Shown in pieces: positions 57,184 to 64,000 of a stretch of DNA of 64,000 nucleotides. The notes beneath the pieces were generated by a model that was given only the letters and a program-made list of their open reading frames with translations, was not told the origin of the DNA and did no database searches. The number at the start of each line of letters is the position of its first letter. Positions within the stretch are counted from its first letter, which is position 1. Both the position numbers and the translations under genes were made by a program. The DNA is taken from assembly GCA_947456825.1 (NCBI GenBank), contig CANGTM010000002.1:5236-69235 (forward strand). Reading direction: 5' to 3'. This DNA comes from Chitinophagaceae bacterium (GTDB lineage: Bacteria > Bacteroidota > Bacteroidia > Chitinophagales > Chitinophagaceae).

Positions 57184-59625
57184 TTAGAACTCCACAATAA
57201 AGCCTATGGTAGGAATTAGTGTACCATCCTCGTTGGCCAAAATAAGAGGGATGGCATTCGACCCGTTGAGATTGATCGGTTGACCGTTGGTGGTCAAAAA
57301 GGCAGTATTGGTTTCGTTTCTTTTAAAAGTAAATTGAGGGAAGGCCGGACTTTTGGCACCATAGAAATTTGTGATGTCCAAAAACAGATCGAATGTTGTC
57401 TTTTTCCAATTCCATTTTTTATCGATGCGAATATCGCCCGAATGAAAAGCCCCCAGCCGTTGGCTATTGAGCTGCGAAAGATTCAATACGCCAGTGCCTA
57501 ACGTTAGATAATTGAGTTGTGACTGCGCCATATCGAAGGGCGTAAAGGGGGCTCCTCCCTGATAGCGAAACTTAACACCGATCTCCCAGTTCTTTCCCAT
57601 TTTATAGCCACTGATAAAGGAGAGCAAATGACGATTGTCCCAGGCGCTGGCTATCATCTTTTTGTCGGCACCACTAAAGCGGCTTATAAAATAGGTGTAA
57701 GAAAGCGTGCCGAAGAAGCGCTTGCTAAGTTTTTGCTGGGCAAAAAATTCAAATCCATAGCTATAACCCTGTCCGTCGGTACGTACAGCTTCGTTACCAA
57801 CTGCGTTAAAATCACCGCCTAAATTACTCAAGGAAATACCGTCCCTTATCGATAGGGGAACACGATCGTATCGCTTGTAAAACGCTTCGAGTGTAAAGCG
57901 AGTAGTGGGTGCTGGCAAGAATTCGGTTCCAATTACAACATGGGAACTTCGGGTGTAATCGGTATTTCGGTTAACCAGTTGTCCCTGGTTATTGCGGAAG
58001 CTGAGTATGGTATAAACAGGGAGTTTGTAGTAATCGCCCACCGATGCGTTCAGCGACCATTTATCGGCCAATACATAAGAAAGACCTACTCGGGCAGAAA
58101 GGGTTCTGAGAGGGTCGCCACCCGACTCGGTAAAGCTATTCATGTCTGTTCGTAGCCCACCGCTCATACTCAACCGGTCTTGTGCCATTCGCTTGCTGAT
58201 CTGAATAAAAGCGCCCGTTCTCCACAGATCAATATCAGAGAGGTATTTTGATGTTACAGCGGGCTGAATCAGATTGCCTGCCCCGTCCCTTAACTCTTGG
58301 CGAATGCGAATAAAGGAGTTGTTGTTGCTTTTGGCATATTGCACGACACCACCATAGGCTATTTTTACGCCCCTTATGGTCTTGTTTACGTCAAATCGTA
58401 CTTTGTTTTCTATCTCCTGCGAATTGATACCCGTTCTTCTCTTGGTTTCGTCTTGGGTGTTGTTACCATCGAATTTTTCGATCGCGTTATCGAACATGTT
58501 TCTGCTGAGCGCCAGATTCCAATAACCCCCTGGTATTTGCTTTCGCAGGCTAACGCCGAAAGTGTAATTCCATTGTTGAATGGCAGGAGTGGCATCTAGT
58601 ATATATAATTTTTCGGGAGTGGCTTCGCGCGGGGCACCGAAACTAAAATCGTCGATGGCGCCCAGTCCCAGCAAGGTTAATGTGGTTTTTTTATTGATAC
58701 GATGTGTGACCTTGTATTGAAAATCCCAATAATTGGGGCGGATCGGAAGATCGATCGCTTTAAAGAGCAGTTGCAGATACGATCGCCGGGCCGAGGCTAG
58801 AAATGTGGTTTTAGCGGAAAGTGGACCTTCGAGCGTGGTCGCCAACTCGGTAGCACTGAGTCGAAGGTTTCCTTGCACGCGATTGGGATTTCCGTTTCGC
58901 TGGCGAAATTGAATCACCGACGAAAGTGCATTATCGAATCGTGCATCAAAAGAAGAGGAACTCAGTTTTACTTCTTCTAGAAAACTTACGTTCAGCATGC
59001 CAGTGGGTCCTCCGGCACTGCCTTGTGTGGCAAAGTGATTGATGACGGGGATTTCTATTCCATCCAAGTAATACACGTTTTCGTTAGGGGCCCCTCCTCG
59101 GATGATGATATCATTTCTATATCCGCCCACACTGCCGGCCGTTCCACCGACCCCGGGCAGCGCCTGAATTACTCTGGATACGTCAAAGTTGCCACCGGGG
59201 TTGCTGCGGATCTCCTCAGTGGTAAGTTTTTGAACGCTGAGCGGTGTCTCGAGGCTGGCGGCAATGGCTGTTTTTCTGCCCGAACTCACGGTTACCTCTG
59301 CCAATTTAGTGGCTAAGGTCTCAAGCTGAAGTGTAAGGTTCAGTTCGTTTCCTACGGTTATCACCGTGTTGTATAGTACCAGCTCGGTAAATCCGATCGA
59401 GCTAATGCGAAGTGTATAGGTTTTGGGTGTGATGCCTGTTATTCGAAACCGGCCCAGGGAGTCACTAACGGTTGCCAGCGAGGTGCCCTCTATTCGAATG
59501 GTGGCACCAGCCAGCGGGGTCAGCGAATTCTTATCTGTGATGGTTCCGGCGACACTCCCCAGTCCTTGGGCAAGGCTGCTCTGAAGGGAGGCTATCAGTA
59601 GGGTAAAGAAAAGAAGTTTTTTCAT
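57184..59625 (-). CDS. TonB-dependent receptor with an N-terminal carboxypeptidase-regulatory-like domain (no SusD partner)
   Basis: Signal peptide; IIIRGGAPNENVYYLDGIEIPVINHF plug; beta-barrel; C-terminal IVEF. Confidence 0.92.
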   Translation of the reverse strand: MKKLLFFTLLIASLQSSLAQGLGSVAGTITDKNSLTPLAGATIRIEGTSLATVSDSLGRFRITGITPKTYTLRISSIGFTELVLYNTVITVGNELNLTLQLETLATKLAEVTVSSGRKTAIAASLETPLSVQKLTTEEIRSNPGGNFDVSRVIQALPGVGGTAGSVGGYRNDIIIRGGAPNENVYYLDGIEIPVINHFATQGSAGGPTGMLNVSFLEEVKLSSSSFDARFDNALSSVIQFRQRNGNPNRVQGNLRLSATELATTLEGPLSAKTTFLASARRSYLQLLFKAIDLPIRPNYWDFQYKVTHRINKKTTLTLLGLGAIDDFSFGAPREATPEKLYILDATPAIQQWNYTFGVSLRKQIPGGYWNLALSRNMFDNAIEKFDGNNTQDETKRRTGINSQEIENKVRFDVNKTIRGVKIAYGGVVQYAKSNNNSFIRIRQELRDGAGNLIQPAVTSKYLSDIDLWRTGAFIQISKRMAQDRLSMSGGLRTDMNSFTESGGDPLRTLSARVGLSYVLADKWSLNASVGDYYKLPVYTILSFRNNQGQLVNRNTDYTRSSHVVIGTEFLPAPTTRFTLEAFYKRYDRVPLSIRDGISLSNLGGDFNAVGNEAVRTDGQGYSYGFEFFAQQKLSKRFFGTLSYTYFISRFSGADKKMIASAWDNRHLLSFISGYKMGKNWEIGVKFRYQGGAPFTPFDMAQSQLNYLTLGTGVLNLSQLNSQRLGAFHSGDIRIDKKWNWKKTTFDLFLDITNFYGAKSPAFPQFTFKRNETNTAFLTTNGQPINLNGSNAIPLILANEDGTLIPTIGFIVEF

Positions 59626-59643
59626 AGCGAGTAGATGAACGAC

Positions 59644-59672
59644 ATAACAACGTGCATTCTAAATTGTTTAAA
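59644..59672 (-). promoter_or_regulatory. Bipartite motif TTTAAAC-N15-TTGTTAT upstream of the TonB-dependent receptor
   Basis: Same boxes and spacing as the msrA site (29315-29343). Confidence 0.55.
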
Positions 59673-59700
59673 TTATCTTAGATCTTCATATCTGTTACCT

Positions 59701-62490
59701 ATGCAAAAGATCAGTTTCTTGTTTTTACTGCCGGTCTTGTTGACCGGTTCGTTGCTGGCTCAAAAAAAGCCTCTTGATCATCAAGTCTATGACAACTGGC
59801 AGCGCGTTGGAGAAAGAACGTTGAGCGCCGATGGAAACTGGGCTGTGTTTACCATAGATGTGCAGGATGGCGATGGCACCTTGGTGCTGCAATCACTGCG
59901 TTCCGACTACCGTCGCGAAATTCCAAGGGGATACGGAGCTGTTATTAGCTATAATAATCGCTATCTGGTGTACAAGATCAAGCCCTTTTACACTGCGATT
60001 AAAGAAGCCAGAAACAAAAAGAAAAAGCCCGAGGAGATGCCCAAAGACTCCGTAGGCATTTGGGAACTTGGAAAGGACAGCGCCATAAAATTTGCCAATG
60101 TGCGCTCTTTTAAAATGCCCTCGGAGGAAGAGGGATGGGTGGTGCTTCATTTCGAAAGCACCGAGAGAGCTCCCGAAGGGGGAGAGGCACCAGCCGATCT
60201 GTTGATCATGCAACCCGATACGGGCATTCGTTTGACACTGCCGCGCATTACCGAATTTCAAGTCTCAAAAAAAGGAGGAAGGCTGGTGGCAGAGCAAGCC
60301 AGAAACAGTAAGGATTCTCTCAGTAAAACTGCAGTGCTGCTGGTTCATGCGACCGGTCTCAAGGTGGATACTATTCTCAGCGGGGCCAATGATGTCAGAA
60401 AGTTCTCTTTCTCTCCCGATGGCGGTCAGCTGGCCTTTGTGGCCGAGCGCGATGCCCGGCCCAAGGAACTTGTCAAGTATTATAAGCTCTATCATTACGA
60501 TCATCGCACAGATACGGCCAAGGCAATAGCCGATCGCAACACGGTGGGGATGAAGCTCGGAATGACCATCAGCGAATTCGCCGAGTTGCGGTTTAGTGAG
60601 TCGGGTAAACGATTGTTCTTTGGAACGGCTCCCATTGTACCTGCGAAAGATACAACTACTCCCGAGGTGGAGCAGGTAAAGGTGGACATTTGGCATTATA
60701 ACGATGATTATTTACAGACTCAGCAGCTCTACGAGTTGAAAAGAAACCAGGAGCGTTCATATGTAGCCGTCTATCATTTTGATAGAGTTCGTGTGGTGCA
60801 GTTGGGTTCTCCGGAAACAGAAGCCGTATATATTCCCAAAGTCGGCGACAGTCCGTGGGTATATGCTACCAGTGACTATGGCAAACGCATACCATTTCAG
60901 TGGACGGCTGCTACCAAAAAAGATATATACCGCATCGATGTACTAACCGGAAGCCGTGAGCTTATCAAGGCCAACCTCGATGGAAACTTCTTTGCTTCCT
61001 CCGTTTCTCCAAATGGTAGCGCACTGGTTTGGTACGATGCCGGTCTGCGCCAATACCAGAGTTGGGATGGAAAGAGTGTCCGCACGATCACTCGATCTAT
61101 CCCTCATCCATTGTACGACGAATTACACGACATGCCTGGCCCTGCGTTCCCCTATGGAATGGCAGGATGGTTACCCGGTGATACCGCGGTGCTGATCTAC
61201 GACCGGTATGATACCTGGAAAGTGAAGGTTAATGCTAACAGGGCGCCACAAAATATCACTGAAGTGGGCCGTAAGCAAAAAGAGAACTATCGGTTCATTC
61301 CCTTAGATCCCGAACAAGAATATGTTCCGCAACAAGGAGTTCTTTACTGGCGCTACCAACAACAAGAAAATCGAGATGCGGGTATTGCAGTTGCCGAATG
61401 GGACAATGGTCGACTGCGCTTTGTACAGCGTCAGGCTGGCTCGTTCACGTATGGGATGCCCATAAAATCGCTGCGCGCATCCGTGCTTGCCTACACCAAG
61501 GAAAGGTTCGATCGATCGCCTGATTTGCATGTGTGGGAGCTCGTTGGGGGGGGAGCCACGCAAGGGGCCGAACGTCGTATCTCATGGATCAATCCCCAAC
61601 AGCAGCAGCACAACTGGGGAACGGCGACCTTGTACCGCTATAAAGCGCTCGATGGAAAACCTGCGCAAGGTGTCATGTATCGCCCCGAGAATTTTGATCC
61701 TACAAAAAAATATCCTGTTATCTTTTACTTTTACGAGACCCATACCGAAACCTTACATAATTATATTCCGCCTGCTCCCACTGGAAGCCGTTTGAATATT
61801 TCTTTTTACGTAAGCAGAGGATATGTTGTCTTCTCTCCTGATATATTTTATAGCAAAGGGTATCCTGCCAAGAGTTGCTACAACTATGTTGTCGGTGCGG
61901 CCAATAGCCTGACCAAGTTACCATACATCGATGCACGAAACATGGCCATTCAGGGACAGAGCTGGGGTGGTATACAGGTGGCACAGTTGGTGACCATGAC
62001 AAATCTATTCAAAGCAGCATGGGCTGGAGCCCCTGTGGCTAACATGACTAGTGCGTATGGTGGCATTCGTTGGGAGAGTGGTATCAACAGGCAATTCCAA
62101 TACGAGGTTTCTCAAAGTCGCATTGGGGCCACGTTGTGGGAGAGACCTGATCTTTATATAGCTAATTCGCCGCTCTTTCATTTGCCTAAGGTCAAAACCC
62201 CGTTGGTAATTATGGCCAATGATGCGGACGGTGCCGTTCCTTGGTACCAGGGGATTGAGTTGTTTACCGGCTTGCGCAGGCTGGGTAAGCAAGTATGGAT
62301 GCTCAACTATAACGGAGAGGCGCATAACCTTCGTGAACGAAAGAATCAAAAGGATATTTCTATCCGGCAACAACAGTTCTTCGATTTTTTGCTTAAAGGA
62401 GAAAAGCCGGCACGCTGGTTGACGGAGGGCGTTCCCGCTCTCAATAAGGGAAGGGATTGGGGCCTTGACGAGGCTGCTCTTCAGGAGTAA
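59701..62490 (+). CDS. S9 (prolyl oligopeptidase-family) peptidase, secreted
   Basis: Beta-propeller N-terminal region; GQSWGG nucleophile, NDADGAVP (Asp) and GEAHNL (His). Start reset to ATG 59701. Confidence 0.93.
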   Translation: MQKISFLFLLPVLLTGSLLAQKKPLDHQVYDNWQRVGERTLSADGNWAVFTIDVQDGDGTLVLQSLRSDYRREIPRGYGAVISYNNRYLVYKIKPFYTAIKEARNKKKKPEEMPKDSVGIWELGKDSAIKFANVRSFKMPSEEEGWVVLHFESTERAPEGGEAPADLLIMQPDTGIRLTLPRITEFQVSKKGGRLVAEQARNSKDSLSKTAVLLVHATGLKVDTILSGANDVRKFSFSPDGGQLAFVAERDARPKELVKYYKLYHYDHRTDTAKAIADRNTVGMKLGMTISEFAELRFSESGKRLFFGTAPIVPAKDTTTPEVEQVKVDIWHYNDDYLQTQQLYELKRNQERSYVAVYHFDRVRVVQLGSPETEAVYIPKVGDSPWVYATSDYGKRIPFQWTAATKKDIYRIDVLTGSRELIKANLDGNFFASSVSPNGSALVWYDAGLRQYQSWDGKSVRTITRSIPHPLYDELHDMPGPAFPYGMAGWLPGDTAVLIYDRYDTWKVKVNANRAPQNITEVGRKQKENYRFIPLDPEQEYVPQQGVLYWRYQQQENRDAGIAVAEWDNGRLRFVQRQAGSFTYGMPIKSLRASVLAYTKERFDRSPDLHVWELVGGGATQGAERRISWINPQQQQHNWGTATLYRYKALDGKPAQGVMYRPENFDPTKKYPVIFYFYETHTETLHNYIPPAPTGSRLNISFYVSRGYVVFSPDIFYSKGYPAKSCYNYVVGAANSLTKLPYIDARNMAIQGQSWGGIQVAQLVTMTNLFKAAWAGAPVANMTSAYGGIRWESGINRQFQYEVSQSRIGATLWERPDLYIANSPLFHLPKVKTPLVIMANDADGAVPWYQGIELFTGLRRLGKQVWMLNYNGEAHNLRERKNQKDISIRQQQFFDFLLKGEKPARWLTEGVPALNKGRDWGLDEAALQE

Positions 62491-62497
62491 TTGAAGG

Positions 62498-63826
62498 TCA
62501 AAGCTGTCTGTCGGGATCGAAACTTTCTAATTCTTTGGCAACAGCTGTCAAAAAAGTTGCGCCCAGACTTCCGTCCACTATACGGTGATCATAACTCATG
62601 CTTAGGTACATCATGTGTCGAATGGCTATAGAATCACCGGCCGGAGTCTCTACTACCACGGGCCTTTTTTTAATGGCGCCCACCGCTAAGATCGCTACCT
62701 GTGGTTGATTGATGATGGGCGTCCCCATCAGTGAGCCAAACGTTCCTACATTGGTAAGTGTAAAGGTGCCTCCTTGTGTATCATCGACCTTTAATTTTCC
62801 CTGGCGGGCCGCATCGGCCAGCTGGTTGACTTGTTTGGCCAGCCCTACCATATTGTACTGATCGGCATTCTTGATCACGGGTACGATCAGATTACCCGAA
62901 GGAAGGGCCGTGGCCATCCCGATATTGATATCTTTCTTTACAATGATGTTGGTGCCATCGAGCGAACAATTAATGAGCGGAAATTTCTTTATGCAGCGTA
63001 CGATGGCCTCGATAAACAGTGGGGTATAGGTAATTTTGGTCGACTCGCGCTTTTCGAATTCTTTCTTTACGCGATCTCTCCACAGCACCAAATTGGTAAC
63101 ATCGGCCTCGGTAAAACTGGTCACGTGCGGGCTGGTTTGCTTGCTGCGAACCATGTGTTCGGCGATCAGTTTACGCATCCGGTCCATCTCGATGATCTCC
63201 ACGTTGCCACTATAGTTGACCGGCAAGGGTGCGGATGGGGCAGGCTCGATCTTTGCCAGCGGAATGACCACCTCTTGTTGCACGACCGAATGACTTGCCA
63301 CGGGCTGGGTTTGTATGATGCCGCTTTTTCTCTTGCTGACGTATTCGAGGATATCTTTTTTGGTAACCCTGCCCTCGTTACCGGTGCCAGGGATCGTCTC
63401 CAGTTCGGTCAGGCCGATCCCCTCGCTGGTTGCGATGTTCAAGACCAGTGGGGAATAAAAACGCCCTGTGCTGCCGTTGGTAATTGACGGGGTAGCAGAG
63501 GGCATGGCGGTCGCTACTTGCATGACCGGGGCGGTCGCCATAGTGGGCGCAGGTGCAGCAGGTGCGGATGGTATCGAGTCGGCCGAACTTGTACGAATTT
63601 TGGCAATGACCGTTCCTATGGGTACTACATCATTGACATTGAACAATAGCTGTTCGATGACACCGGCAGCCGTGCTGGGCACTTCACTGTCCACTTTATC
63701 AGTGGCGATCTCCAACACCGTTTCGTCCTGTGCCACAGTATCTCCGGGTTGCTTATGCCATTTTAAGATGGTCGCTTCCATGATACTTTCGCCAAGTTTC
63801 GGCATGACCAGATCGACAAGAGCCAT
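62498..63826 (-). CDS. 2-oxo-acid dehydrogenase E2 (dihydrolipoamide acyltransferase, probably the branched-chain complex)
   Basis: MPKLGES...EIATDKV lipoyl domain; SPLV...GTGNEGRVTKKDI E3-binding domain; SYDHRIVDG catalytic motif; minus-strand TACCTTTG at 63859-63866. Confidence 0.93.
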   Translation of the reverse strand: MALVDLVMPKLGESIMEATILKWHKQPGDTVAQDETVLEIATDKVDSEVPSTAAGVIEQLLFNVNDVVPIGTVIAKIRTSSADSIPSAPAAPAPTMATAPVMQVATAMPSATPSITNGSTGRFYSPLVLNIATSEGIGLTELETIPGTGNEGRVTKKDILEYVSKRKSGIIQTQPVASHSVVQQEVVIPLAKIEPAPSAPLPVNYSGNVEIIEMDRMRKLIAEHMVRSKQTSPHVTSFTEADVTNLVLWRDRVKKEFEKRESTKITYTPLFIEAIVRCIKKFPLINCSLDGTNIIVKKDINIGMATALPSGNLIVPVIKNADQYNMVGLAKQVNQLADAARQGKLKVDDTQGGTFTLTNVGTFGSLMGTPIINQPQVAILAVGAIKKRPVVVETPAGDSIAIRHMMYLSMSYDHRIVDGSLGATFLTAVAKELESFDPDRQL

Positions 63827-63946
63827 AGTGGGTATTATTTAGCAAGGATCGTAAAGGTCAAAGGTAGTAATTTGATGGAAATCAGACCGCCCGGCAGCGG
63901 GTCACTGGGATAGCCATGCGGTGGGTCGGCAGATTTGAGATAAAGC

Positions 63947-64000
63947 TTAACGGGTACTGGCCCTGCCGCCCATTTCTTCCGATATGATAAACTTGCGCAA
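63947..64000 (-). CDS. C-terminal tail of a gene running off the window end (possibly CinA)
   Basis: Reads LRKFIISEEMGGRASTR*. LRKFI resembles CinA C-termini, but 17 residues are too few to be sure. Confidence 0.35.
   Translation of the reverse strand: MRKFIISEEMGGRASTR

Noticed and set aside
63867-63946. GC-rich intergenic stretch upstream of the E2 gene
   Set aside because: Only imperfect stems; probably terminates the upstream gene, and shows no riboswitch signature.

Overview
A densely packed, mostly core-genome 64-kb segment of a Bacteroidota chromosome, most likely Chitinophagales/Chitinophagaceae. The assignment rests on TAnnTTTG housekeeping promoters, A-rich starts without Shine-Dalgarno sequences, a T9SS cargo protein, PafA, YfhO, YtxJ and futalosine-pathway mqnA/mqnE. 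It holds about 60 CDSs (including tsaD [partial], prfC, purB, mqnA, dapF, sdaA, mqnE, trxA, dnaE, msrA, pgi, ltaE, yajQ, rpmE2, tpiA, pafA, polX, rpmA, rplU, dxr, rseP), tRNA-Cys(GCA), tRNA-Ser(TGA) and tmRNA. I saw no integrase, transposase, prophage, CRISPR array or rRNA, and no obviously new multi-gene system. The best leads are small. (1) An identical bipartite motif, TTTAAAC-N15-TTGTTAT, lies directly upstream of both the exported msrA and an orphan TonB-dependent receptor 30 kb away, and neither has a housekeeping promoter box; this suggests an alternative-sigma regulon. (2) A standalone 39-aa Lys/Ala/Pro histone-H1-like microprotein has an 11-bp inverted repeat upstream and its own terminator, next to a PolX whose polymerase aspartates are all substituted. 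(3) A 40-aa lipoprotein-like ORF missed by the ORF track sits 3 nt upstream of ytxJ. (4) A 1130-aa apparently non-catalytic T9SS protein is preceded by two phased TGATWATCA sites. All gene calls come from motif recognition; no database searches were run.
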